Below, piece after piece: positions 29,315 through 42,300 of a stretch of DNA of 64,000 nucleotides. Made by a program: the position numbers and the translations under genes. The stretch is from Dipteris shenzhenensis. Taxonomy: Eukaryota. The stretch lies in the NCBI GenBank assembly GCA_047967505.1, contig CM106538.1; one strand, 5' to 3'. Every line of letters begins with the position of its first letter. Positions within the stretch are counted from its first letter, which is position 1. The notes under the pieces are model-generated. The model saw only the letters and a list, made by a program, of their open reading frames with translations, was not told the origin of the DNA and did not search any database.

Positions 29315-29349
29315 CACACACACACACACACGCGCATGCACGCACGCAT

Positions 29350-29383
<34 letters not shown>
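29315..29383. repeat. (CA)n and (GA)n microsatellites in the putative promoter of the CbiA-like gene
   Basis: Direct inspection; another (GA)n at 29631-29646. Confidence 0.9.
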
Positions 29384-29385
<2 letters not shown>

Positions 29386-29561
29386 TGCCCTTCCCTTTCA
29401 TTTCCGTTAAGAGAGTTGCCTACATGCTTGCTTGAAGTTTGTTGCCGGATTTATGGGCACATGTTACCTGAGAGCAAGAAGGGATGAGGGGCAGCTTTTC
29501 ATTGGTTACAAGACCCATGCTTGCCCTTACCTGCATGTGCAGTCCGATTGCAAGGGTCAGG

Positions 29562-29619
29562 CAAGGTTTGGCCTTCCGGTTGGCACAGATCAAGGTTTGG
29601 CCTTCCGGTTGACACACAT
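29562..29619. repeat. 29-bp tandem duplication upstream of the CbiA-like gene
   Basis: caaggtttggccttccggttggcacagat / caaggtttggccttccggttgacacacat. Confidence 0.85.
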
Positions 29620-29795
29620 CAGCCAGAGGCAGAGAGAGAGAGAGAGGAGCAATCACATGCGGGGTTGTCGATGGCGGGCTGAGCATTTGCTGTCGTCGTC
29701 TTCTCAAAGTCCACCCAGCCAAAGCCAACTAAACATTCCATTTCCGCCATAGCCAACAACCTCAAGCTCCACTTCTCGAGCTTCTTCTGTCCTCC

Positions 29796-29924
29796 ATGGC
29801 TATGGCTGCTGAGCTCTCAGGCTCGGTAGCCTTAGACGTCGATTCCCAGCTCTCCGCTTCTTGCGTCGTCCACAATGTCATTTGCCCACCCGGTCCCACA
29901 CCCTCGTTTCGGCGTTTTGCTTGA
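29796..29924 (+). other. Candidate upstream ORF, 42 aa
   Basis: ccATGGctATGGct start; MAMAAELSGSVALDVDSQLSASCVVHNVICPPGPTPSFRRFA*; follows a CT-rich, leader-like stretch. Confidence 0.35.
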
Positions 29925-30239
29925 ATCGTCTTTTGTCCCATTGCCCTTTCCAGGGACCCGCTCCCTGACCAGAGCTCAGATTGCCTCATCAACTTTGCCC
30001 GTCTGTACTCCCTCGGCACGGAACTGTGCAGAGATTCGTCGTCCGCCTCCCTGCTGACTGGTGGAGAGCCTTTCGTGCTGTAACTTTCCGTGATTATGGA
30101 CCATCTGCACTTTGCCATGCCTATCTTATCGGGCCGCGCAAGTCTTCCAAGTCGAGAAGCTCAACGTTGTTTCCTAGGCATAGGAATTTGAGTTGCGTTA
30201 TGAAAATTGGAGCAATCTGTACCTGATATAGAACCCAGA

Positions 30240-30360
30240 ATGAAGACAATTGTGGTGGCGGGAACATGTAGTGGAGTCGGGAAATCAACCATTGCCATCG
30301 GGCTGATGGCAGCCTATTCTCGTCGTGGGTTGAGAGTGCAGCCTTTCAAAATTGGCCCAG
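30240..30360 (+). CDS. cbiA: CbiA-like exon 1 (P-loop)
   Basis: [40 protein letters not shown]; donor AG|GT at 30360/30361, phase 1. Confidence 0.9.
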
Positions 30361-33300
30361 GTCTTCGCTCTCTTCTCATCATTCGTGTGTGAGCCTTATT
30401 GGGACAAGTCATCAGTAGATCTTACTGTAGCTTTATCCCTTTGCAGACTTTCTGGACCCTTTGCATCATATGGTAGCAACTGGTAGAGAGTCTTTAAATC
30501 TCGATACGTGGATGCTAAGCAGGTAACACTCACGTTCATCGTTTGTTATATTCGTTAACGATGTGAGCAAAGCAAGAACAACGCCCATTTTACCGGTCTT
30601 CTTAGGTTTGCGTTCGTTTCAACATATTATGTAACTAGCTGCATTTCTTCATCCATACTTTCCATGACAATGTACATGCTTTGGTTGTTAGGTTCCCGAT
30701 AAGTTTCACTTTGCTGACTTGCATAATGACTATGATGTGTACATGAAAATTTCCTTTGTTGGAGTTGCGTTGACACTTTGATCATACTGCTTCTTTCTGC
30801 AATCTCTTTCAAATTTACCAAATTTGTGACATTAGTTGTTTAATCCTAGGGTAGTCCTACCTAAGCCGTGCCAATCCCAGATTAAACCATGGTTAGCGTG
30901 TTGGGGTGTTACATCAGCGCTAGACCTCCCTTAGACGTCAATCTGAATGATCTTTATCCACCTGCCTTATACCGATCTTGCCTTAGGTGTGGGTAGCTTG
31001 GGATGTAACAGGTAGCAGCATCAGTAAGGACAGCACAGCTGTCAACACTACCATGGCACAACAATAGGTGTCAGGCCACTGCATACTTTGTGAGTTTGTG
31101 CTTTGGTACAGTACTTACAGCAAGAGATCTTGTTTGTATGACTGCTTATTTCCCATATTGCATTTGGATGCGGAAGTTACTGCACCAAGTTGTTGAATTT
31201 ATCCTTAACAGCACCTACAGCGCAACACATATCAGGACACCATAACTTTTGTGGATACCAAAGATGTCATTCTTCTGACTGGTCTCCTTATCGACTGAGG
31301 TAAGGGCATCTAGTTTTTCAGAGAAATATCCATGAACTCAGCTGAGGCATGCTGTGACATCAGCAGCATCCAACAACCTTTTGTGAGCATCCTCAGATGC
31401 ACCATCAACCCACCATGCCCCTCTGTCCTCCACGTCTTCCTCTACCTGCAGTAAAACTTGGAAGCTATTTTACGAATTCGAAGGAGGAGAGAAGTATTTG
31501 GCTGAGTGCTGCACTTGTGTGTCCTTCATGATTTCCATTTCCTCGGTAGCCTATTGACACTCAACCCTAGGCATCTTACCCTCAATCAATGAGACTCACT
31601 ACCAGGGGCAGTTACTTTCTTTGCTATCTTCCTTTTAACTAGCTGCCAGAAGTGCTCTTTGGAGCGTCACCCTTGGGCTGTGTATTTACTGTTTACAAGG
31701 TGGCCATTTCTGCCACACACAAAGCATGAATTTGGCAGAATCTTATAAATGATCTGACTTTTAGCAAGGCCTGATCTAGAAACAATCTCTAGATATTCCA
31801 GAAGTTGATCCGCCAGATCAATCATAACATAGACCTGTGGATTTGTCAGGGGTTCATGAAAGCTTCTCTCTCAATGCCTATTGTCAGAGGTCAAGTGCTC
31901 GCTGTAGCACCTGGCGCAGCAGAAAATGAATGCGAACTCTTTCAAAAACACACTGAATAGTATGCTGTAAATGAAACTATAGTAACAGATATGCAGGAGG
32001 CGAAATTGCAGAATGAACTTCACAAAATACGCACTCTATTCATTTACCAAGGATGAGCACAAAACGTCCAGCAGGTGCTAGTAAAACATAGCTAGGTGTG
32101 GCTGACAGATGACTGAGGGAAGAGGAAGGCTGCTGCTGCCTGTATATGCTTCCCTGTGTGTTGGTGAAGAGGGCTTCAGTGGGATGCATAAACTGAGTCA
32201 AGAGCCTCCTTTTATAGGCATTCCAGCCCAAACCTGGCCGACCAGGTTTAGTCAACCAGCCGACTAGATGCAGTCGACCAGAATAGATCACCCTAACTGT
32301 CAGTTTTGCTGATTGAACAGGTTAGTCTTGCATGTCTTCAAGTGCCTGCATCTGCAGCAAATCTGCTCCGGATGTGCTGCTCCAACTTGTTGCAATCTGC
32401 AACTCTAATTTGCTGGCAGTCACCTCTATTTGAGGACTGGATAATGGTAGAAGTTTGCCAATCTGAGAAAAGAGCGGACATCATGAACATTCTTAGGAGT
32501 AGGCTAGTTTTGGATTACCTCGACCTTCTTGGGATCCACAGAGATGCCTTGAGCGGAAATAACATGTCCCAAATATTCGAGTTGGGTCTTGAAGAACTCA
32601 CTCTTCTCAGTGTTGATGTAGAGAGAATTTGCGCGGAGAACTTCAAAAACTTGGTGAAGATGTTGTTTGTGCTCATGTAGGGATCTGCTGAAAATGAGGA
32701 TGTCATCGAGGTAAACGATGACAAACTTATCGAGGAAAGGCCTGAAGATGTCGTTCATGAGTGTCATGAATGTGGCCGGGGCATTGTTTAACCCAAAAGG
32801 CATGACCAAACATTCATAGTGTCCATACTTTGTTCGAAAAGCTGTCTTGTACTCATCGCCTTCTCGTATGCGAATTTGATGATAACCTGAACGAAGATCA
32901 ATCTTTGAGAATTGTGTTGCGTGTAGAAGTTGATCGAAGAGGTCATCGATGCGAGGCAATGGATACTTGTTTTTGATATTGAGCTTGTTGAGGGCTCGGT
33001 AGTCGATGCAGAGGCGCATTGACTTATTCTTTTTTTCCACAAGTAGTGCAGGAGATCCGAAAGGGCTGCGACTGGGCCGAATGTGACTTTTGTCGAGTAG
33101 TTCGGTCACCTGTCTTTGGATTTCTTCATTTTGAGTGTAAGAAACCCGATAAGGAGGTTTCGACGGTGGATTACTGCCGGGAATAAGTTCGATCGGGTGA
33201 TCCACTGGTCATCGAGGTGGTAACTGCTTTGGCAATTCCTGTGGAAAAATATCCAGGTAGGGCTGGAAAAAAGGTTGGTTGAGGTATTCAGGAGGATCCT

Positions 33301-36300
33301 TTGTTGGTGTCTCCTCTACTGCCGTAACCAATAGAAGTGAAGTCTTTACTTGACGTTTACGAACCCACTTCTTTACTTGTAGGGCAGAGGCAACTGGGGT
33401 TGAAGGAGAGTCCCTAGAACCAGCTAGCTCAATAAGTTTTCCTTGGTGGACAAACTGGATAGTATGGCTGCGAAAACTGATTGATGGATCATAGTCATAG
33501 AGCCATTGGTCAACTGTTGGGCGATTGCGTTGACCAGTGTAGGCTTCCGGAAGTTTGATGTTAAGTCTTTTAGTTTTGGAAGCTTGAAGTAAACGGTAGA
33601 GGGCACGTAGTTCAGTGTTTTCTACCTCAGGTGGGAATGAATCCACATAGTCGTCTGGTTGCGTCACGCCATCCTCTGTATGGGTGGTATTGCGAGAATC
33701 TTGAAGTTGTTGGACTTTTTGGACCAAGTCGGAGATGCTGTTCTGAAGCTGGGAAATTTGAAGTTGCAGTAGTGCTTCGCCTTGTACGTTGACTTCAGGG
33801 GTCTTTTTTGGACTTGAGTCTTTGATCTCTGGAGAGGCTGCACGCGAGTGTTGCGACATATCTGAGGTCCCCGTGAGAAAAGCACGAACCTGCGCTCTAG
33901 TTTGTACCATTCCTGGAAGAGGATTCGGGCTGCTCCCTGAGGTTGCTCATGTTGGAGGGGGCAAGCGAGGCAGAATGGAACCACCCGTGGAAATCTGGTA
34001 AAGGCCTGCAGATTTCTGTCCGGAGGTCCATGTTGCAGTGGGTTGCGAGCATAGTTGCACGAAACGTACGTTTCGTGACAGGAAACGGAAACGGCGAAAC
34101 GGAAACGCCGTTTCGTCAAGAAGCGGCGTTTCGTTTTTGCTGTTTTTTTCAGAAACCCTAAAAACGGGTTTTCTCTCTTTTCTTTCGGATTTCGCCGCGG
34201 CCTGCTCCGTTTTTCGCCGCCTCCTTCCAGAATCCAGCCTCCTTCCAGCATCCTTCAAGCTCTCTCCATCCCGATTCCCATCCTTTGCTCTTGGACCTGC
34301 CCTCACCTCCATCCGTCTCTGAGCTCTCTCCATCCTCTTCATCCTTTGCTCCATCTTCTCCATCCTTGGCAGCCTGCTCTCCTGACTCCATCCCTCCATC
34401 CTTCTTCTCTCCATCCTCTCTTTAATCTTACCTTCTACCTCTCCATCCTCCTCCTCTCCATTCTCCTTCACTTCTACCTCTCCATCCTCTCCATCCTCTT
34501 TTACCTCTATCTCTCCATCCTCCTTCTACAATCTACCTCCCATCCTTTCTCACGAGTCACTTGTGACCTCTCCATCCTCCTTCTCACCTCTCCATCCTCC
34601 TCAATGCCGAGAGATGCTTATTGGGTCCATGTCTCCCTCCTGGATAGTTATAAAGGAGGCGGTGGCTCCAAGAAGTGGAGATGCAACTATTGCGGCGTAA
34701 GCAAGACGGGGTCTGTCACACGGGTGAAAGACCATCTAGCAGGTGTTCCCTGCAAGGATGTAGGACCTTGTGAGTTCGTGCCTACTGCAGTGAAAGGTGG
34801 CCTAGCAGAATGGAAGCGTGCGCGTATGGCAGCCTTGGCTGCAAAAAGTGGAGGACAAGGGCTGCAAGATGAAGAAGAGGCTGCTGACACTGAGCCATTG
34901 GATGATGCCAGCACATTGGGTTCTGCAAAGAGAAGTAGAGGGGCATCAACTACATCGAGCGCAGGTCCTAGTGCCACAAGAACACCCTTGCCACATGGAT
35001 CAATTAGTGTGGATGCTAGTGCGGGGAAAAGAGGATCACTGCAAAGGTCTAGCATTCAAGCACGCTTGCAAAAGCAAGCAGTGAAGGAGGCCACTAGTGA
35101 GCTCACAAAGCTCTTCATACAATGTGCAATACCCTTTCATGTGGCGAAGACTACACGATGGAGGAAGGCCATGAGAGCCGTAAGCCGCATTGGGTATGAA
35201 TGGGAAGGGCCTACATATGAGGCCTTGCGGACAAGAGAGCTAAGAAGAGAGAGGGAATGTGTGGAAGACCAAATGAAGCCCTTGAAAGAGACTTGGAAAA
35301 AATATGGATGCACACTCTTATGCGATGGATGGTCAGATGCACGCAAGAGGAATGTGTACAATATTTTAGTATCTTCTTGCAAGGGAACCATGTTCTTGAG
35401 AGCCATAGATGCTTCCACTGCAGGTACAGTGATTACAGGGCTGTATATTTGGGAGCATTTACGGGCAGCCATTATGGAGATAGGTGTTGAGTATGTGGTG
35501 CAGGTGGTGACAGATAATGGCAGCAATTGTGTGTCAATGGGTGCCATGTTAGAAGATGAGTTCCCTAAGATTGTGTGGACACCCTGTGCCTCACATTGCC
35601 TTGATCTTTTGATCGAGGACCTAGGGAAGATACCTTGGATTGATGCCATCTTCTCCACAGCCCGCAGTATCGTGAAGTTTGTCACGAAGAGACCCAAAGT
35701 CCTCAGCATCTATCGGGCTTACAGTGACCTTGAGCTATTGAAACCTCCAACCACAAGGTTTGCTTACATGTTCATAGTGGTGGAGAGGCTTGTGCGAGTG
35801 CGCCAGGGCTTGTTGCGCACGGTTGTGTCTCGGGAGTGGGGAGATTGGGATGATAGAGGCCAAGCAAAGTCTATCAAATTTTTTCGCATGATCATGGATG
35901 AGTCTTGGTGGAATGAGGCAGAGGCATTAATCAAATCGATTAATCCTATTTACACGGTGCTTCGCATCACAGACATGGAGGGAAGCACATTAGGGCTCTT
36001 GTACGAGTTTATGGACAAGATTGGAGAGGCCCTCAACAGAAACACTTTCCTATCGCCTGATAAGTAAGACTTTTTACTTTTGTAATATGTATAATTATTG
36101 CAGTTACTAAATGGCAATTTGTTATCATGAAGCCTGGAATTTTCAGATATATATTATGTATGTACTTACTACTATTATCTATAGTCTATGAATTTTGCAT
36201 GCATAATGCATTCTAATTTCTTGTGGCATGATTTAGGGTTGAGTCCATCCGTGCTATATGGAATAAGCGGTGGAATTGGTTCCACCGCCCAATCCATGCG

Positions 36301-39300
36301 GTGGCACATGTATTGCATCCGCTCTGGCGCAGTCAAGAGCAATATGAGAATGACGAGTTGGAGGAGGGGATGCAACAGTATCTACAAAATTGGACGGGTG
36401 GTGACTTGGAGATGCAACGAAGACTGGAGGATGAACTTCTATTGTTCCGCAATCATAGCCTCTCCTTTGGTCGACCTACAGCTAGGCTCCGAGAGACACA
36501 GTTGCAACCTGTCTCCTGGTGGGAGAAATATGGCAACTGTACTCCTACTTTGGTAAGAGTCTAAGAGACAAGTTCCAACGCCACTAGTTGGAGCTTAGTC
36601 GTTAAGTAATTTGAAGTTTTATCTACTACAAATATGTTTAAAGTTATCAAGTTCCTGATACTTATCTCGGCTTAATTGGCTTATGGCAGAAACGCCTTGC
36701 TATACGTGTTCTCTCAGAGGACTGCAGTTCCGGTCCTTGTGAGAGGAACTGGAGCACTTGGGCCCTCTTTCACACAAAGAAGAGGAACAGATTGAGCACG
36801 GCTCAATTGGAGCGGTTGGTGTTTTGTCATTGCAACCTCCGTCTCCTTGAGTTCACCGCCGGCTGCCCCGAACCTCGCCAAGTAAATGTAGACAAGGTGG
36901 ACGTGGAGAAGATGGAGGTCATACCAGATATCCCACGGGAGGAGCTGGACATATACACCATGTTGTATGAGGAGCTGTCAGCACCAGCACACCACACACG
37001 ATCATACACTCAACCATCTGGAGATGGTGCTAGTACTTCAGTTGCACCCGATGGTCCTGATCCTGATGTTGATGATTCTTCTTCAGACAGTGACACAGAT
37101 GCCTCGAACTTATCTGAGGACGCAGAGGATGACGATGACGAGGAGGCCATGGATGATGCAGATGATCAGTAGTCCTGCTGTTTTTTTATATCATCCATGA
37201 GTGCTTTTATTTTGAGTCTTGCATGACTCATGAGTCATGAGTCATGAATCATGATCATGAAATTTGTGGACCATGAATCATGATCGTCTATGGAGTCTGG
37301 ACATTGAATACTTTCAAGTTTCAAGTTTCAAGTTTCAAGTTTCAACTTGTGTGCTAAGTTTAAACTTTAAGTACTTCAAACTTCTAAATTTCAGATTCTT
37401 GTAATGCCAAACTTGTTAGTCATGACTCATGATACATGTTGATTTCAGATTATTGAAGCATCATTCAAGAATTTAGAATCATAGAGGCATGAACCATGAA
37501 TGATGCATTGATGCTTGAAGGCTGAAGCCTGAAGCTTCAGCCTTCAAGTATAGATAATTGTAATTTGTATTATGTATGATTTGCACTCTATTGATAATTA
37601 TATTATGTATAAAAAATAAATTTTTATACATAAATTGTATCATATTGCCGTTTCTTCCGTTTCCGTTTCGGCGGAGCCCGGAAACTCCGTTTCTTCCGTT
37701 TCTTCCGTTTCCGTTTCGGCTGGTAACTATGGTTGCGAGGAGCAGATCGGGGCCTGGCTGGTCCGGATTGGAAAACGGAAACAGGGCGCTTTTAACAGGC
37801 TATCTTCATCACGAGAGGAGGGCTGAACTGCTGCTGATCTGGCAGATAATGTAGCGCAACAAAGGGGGGGGCAGGCTGTCTATGACGAAACAGGTTGCAG
37901 ATGTCCAATGCTGGATCACAATAAAGACTGGCGAAACAAAGGGGGGGGAAGGGCAGGCTGTCAATGGCGAAACAGGCTGCAGGCTGGATTGCGATAAAAG
38001 GCGTCAAAGGCTGCAGGCTGGATCACGATGGAGGCTGGCGAAACCAGGCTGCAGGCTTTGCAGGGACTGGCGCTGATCTGGCACTGCAGGCTGGCAGGGC
38101 AACAGGGCCGAAAAACTGGCGAGGGCAGGGGCTGCATATGGCGAGGGGGCAGGGCAGCGAAATGGCGAGGGCAGGGGCTGCGCAAGGGGGTCAACCTGTT
38201 TGACGAAAAAACTGTACGGGCGTGGAAATTGGATCATCCCTTTTGTCATTTCGTTTGTGCTGCCTTAGGTTGGGTGGTTGCCCAAAAAATTAAAGGGTGG
38301 GTTTATTTAACCCTTGGGTATGTAGGGTAGACCTAAGATTTGGGGCTGGGTTTTCCTTTTTAACCCCTCTAGGTACCCTTTTTATAAGTGCTTGGTGTCA
38401 AAAGGTGTGCCTATTCGAAGGGGTGTGACCCTTGGAATAGGTGCACCTTTTCATGAAGGGGTGTGTCCCTGTTTTTAAAAGGGGTGTCCCCACATGAATA
38501 GGTGTGACCTTTTTGCCACGATGGGGTGTGTCCCTTGGGTGAGGAGTCAAGACTCTTCATCAAAAGGTGTGTCCGATGGTGGAAAAGGTGCGTCCCTTGA
38601 TTTTGGGACAGCCCAAGCACATGAAAAGACACGATTTTTGTCGTGTCCATTCACATCAACTCGTGATGTGTGGGAGATGGAGAGGCCATTGATGACTTTA
38701 GGCAGGGTTGGCGCTAAAAATTTTTACGCTCATCCTCTCCATCTCTTCCATGCACAATGTGTACGGATGTCCTTCTAGCGGAAAAAGATGTATCAGATAG
38801 GCGCTAGAAGGTGGGAGGCATTTCCTACAGGCAGGAGCGAAATTTGCTCTGATACCACTGTAAAAAATCCTAGATTTACTATATTTAGAAATGTGCTAAG
38901 GAATAGAAAGGAGACTGAAATAGCAGAGAACAAGGAATAATTGTTTGCTTGAGTGTCTGTAGTGTATCTGTAGTGTGTCATCCATACAATTGGGCCTCTC
39001 TTATATAGAGAGTGAAGAGTCACACATGAAAAGGTGTGTACTCCAAAGTGTATGTGCATGAAGAGGTGTGTACCCCTTGTGAACGGTGTGACCCTTGATG
39101 AGAGGGTACATTACAATAGGAATGTCTCTTCAATAGAATGTCTCTTGTGAAGGGTTGTGCCTCATAGGAAGTGTCCCGTCGAAAGGGCATAGGATTGTGC
39201 CTCATAGGAGGTGTCCCGTCGAAAGGGCATACCCTTCCACAAGTGTCCATTTATCAAACCATCCATAAGTCTAGAAATAGAGAAAGGAATACGTCACAGA

Positions 39301-42300
39301 TCGTGACACAACACACACAAGCAAGCTTGCCAATTATTCTCTGGGGCCTTTGATGAGAATTGGTACAGTAGTGTCACTGAGAATGCAACGTCAAGAGGAG
39401 TGCTGGTGAGGTAAAGTATACTCCATGAGTTTTCGATACTTACCAGCTCAAGTATGTCTTCTTTGCTGAGTTTATTCTCAACTTCCATACGTGTCGCAGC
39501 TTCTTTGCTTTCCTCCATCTGGAACCACTTCAGAATTTCTTGGCAGTATTCACCTTGAGAGACGAAAACATTTTCTTCCTTTTGCCATATCTTAATCCCC
39601 AAGAATAATGCAAAATACCAAGGTCAATCATGTCAAACTCTTCATATGCAATAGAGTTTTTACCTTATCTTTTTGTTGAGATCCCTAGTGAGGATAAGAT
39701 CATCCACGTAGAGAATCACTATCATTCTCTTGTCCCTCGCTAAATGGAGGTAAATTTTTGCATCCAGCGAACTTTGAGAAAGACCAATTTACGCGTAGTA
39801 GTCATCGTCGTGTTGGTAGCATGCCATAGAGCACCTTCTTGGTCTGAAAGCCTGTGGGTGCTCCACATAGACTTCCTCCTCCAAGTCTCCATTGAGAAAA
39901 GCAAATTCTGACCTTGCTGAACTTGCACCGGCAGTTAACATCTGTATGTATTATGTATCATGATAGGGCTTTTTCCATCGCTTAGATTTTATGAGGCATG
40001 TCCAAGGTTGGTCGCAAGAAAGTATCTCTGTGATGTTTCTCTTGGTTTTTTTTTTAAAATTTGGGGTGTAAACAAGCATTCCATTAAGTCTGCAGTTTGC
40101 CATATCCTTTCAGACCTTTGGATCTTAGATAGCTAAATTAAAGTCTTTTTTTCTTTTACATGATGAGCTCTGCGCTTGTTTTCAGATTCATCTAGATATA
40201 GACCCGAATCAAGGATTGTCTATGATTTGTATCCCAACCTGTTGTTATAACTAGAAGGCAAATATTTATTCTTCTTGTAGAAAAAGTGGGAGCTCAGTTG
40301 GCTCTTCAAGCATTCCATTCCACTAGAAAGGCTGGAAACTTTGTGCGGTAAAAAGCTAAAATGAAAAGGTTTCTATAAGGTCTTCTTTTCTGGCAGAGAT
40401 GCAAACCTGACTTGCTTCCAGCGATCTATTCCAAGTGCTGATCTTGCCATAGTTGAAGGGATGATGGGGTTGTATGATGGCTATGATGGAAAGTCTGAAC
40501 ATGGAAGCACAGCTGAGATGGCAAAGCTTCTAAGTGCTCCTGTACTTCTTGTACTTGACTGCTGGGCTCTTGCACGGAGTGCTGCTGCTATGTTGCGAGG
40601 ATACACGACGTTTGACCCCCAAGTCAAGTTTGCTGGTGTCATACTTAACAAAGTAAGAGGTCGACACCCTCCTCTCTGCTGATTGGAATTTTCTTTTGCA
40701 AAAAGCTTAAGTCACTCGGGTGTGAACGATGGGGATTAGATTTTCTTTTGTAGATAAGTTTGTTTAAGCAAGAAGACTGTCCAACCATGAGGAATTTGAC
40801 CTCTTATGTAAATGTGAGACCTCATTTGTTCTATGCATAACCATTATGAATATACTTTTTTTGAGATGTATTGCAGGTCAGTGGGCCATCTCACACAGCA
40901 TGCCTTACTGAAGCATTATCTTTGGCAGATGCAAAGCTTCAGATTTTTGGGGGACTGCCAAAGGTGGGAGACATACAGCATTCGGAAGAGAATCATGGGC
41001 CCATGAATGGAGATGGAAGTAATATCTACATACAACAATTGGCTGATCTCATGGAGCTTCATCTTGATTTGGATGCTGTCTTGGAAGAGGCTGCAGAATG
41101 TGATGCAGAAAACAGTGTCGAGGCATTGAGCAATGAATGTCTCTATCATAGCCCTTCTCCCAAGCAGTTCTATCCCAAGCATGTGCGTATTGGAATAGCA
41201 CGTGATGAAGCCTTTTGTTTTCACTATCATGAAAACTTATTTTTACTTCAAGGTAATATTTCTCCTGCATCTCTCGTGGACATGCTTTTTTCAGATTTTT
41301 GAGAACTATTTTCAACTTTATTAGCACTGCCTTCCAAGCAGTGGTATTGCCATTGAATGGCTGGGTTTTTATTTTTGAATCGTTTGCCACATATTAGATG
41401 TTAGAGTTGAGGCCCTTCTCAACAAGTAACCCTACACAGCAGATGAATTCAAATTCCCACTGCGAATTCACAGGTAGAACAGTAATGCAGGAAATAGAGA
41501 AGGAGAATCAGACTCTTATTTATCCACAAAGCAAGAGCTCAGAGAAGAGCAAGCAACATCCAGCAAGGTGCTGGACAACAGTTCAGAGAAGAGCGAGAAG
41601 CATACCAGCACCACAAACAACAGGCCGACTCAGGCTTACAATGGCCGAGCAAAGGATCATGAGGGTTAATGCACCGAGTTTGTTGCATATGGGATTGATA
41701 TCGTAGCCCCTATCCTTGCAAAGCTATTTAATGAAGTAGTTTGTTTCGGTTTCCCACGCACTTGGACCCTCAACACTATCATACCTATTCACAAGGCAGG
41801 GGATCCCACGGACCCAGGTAACTATAGGACCATTATGATCAGGCATGCCATGTCCAAGATCATGGTTGACACGTACGATCACGTTTGATGCGTGCTGTTT
41901 GATAGTAGTGCGGTACTAAACGAACTAAAAAATCTTAGGTGTACGTCCGATGGTACGTTCGATACAAAAAAAAAGAGGGATATTTTAGAGTTTTAGAGTA
42001 AGTTAAAACACAAACATGTCCATGACTTGATTCTTGAAAGTTGAAACACAAACATTCTAGAATCTACATGTTGCATAGGTGCAATTTGCAAGACTTAAAA
42101 GGACCGAAGATATATCATGATTCGTGACATAAAGTAGTGAGTACAAAAAGGGGGACCAAGGTCTAATATAGATGGAATCAAAAAGCTTTACTACTACAGG
42201 AAAGAGCCTAGGACCTAGGCCCTAGGTCCTAGCCTCTAGGTACTCCCATCACTGTCAAATCCAAGACTATGATCACTCTCACTAGAGGATGATGAGGATC

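Noticed and set aside
29762-30118. 118-aa minus-strand ORF divergent from the CbiA-like gene
   Set aside because: No recognisable motif or downstream exons; antisense to the probable 5' leader
29700-30240. Cobalamin riboswitch in the leader
   Set aside because: No B12-box or GGGAA...GGTG..AA.TCC core visible by eye; an Infernal search with the Rfam cobalamin models would be decisive
34346-34603. 86-aa N-terminal extension of the hAT ORF (similar extension at 45000-45255)
   Set aside because: Low-complexity CT-rich leader; real starts are most likely the ATGs at 34604 and 44997
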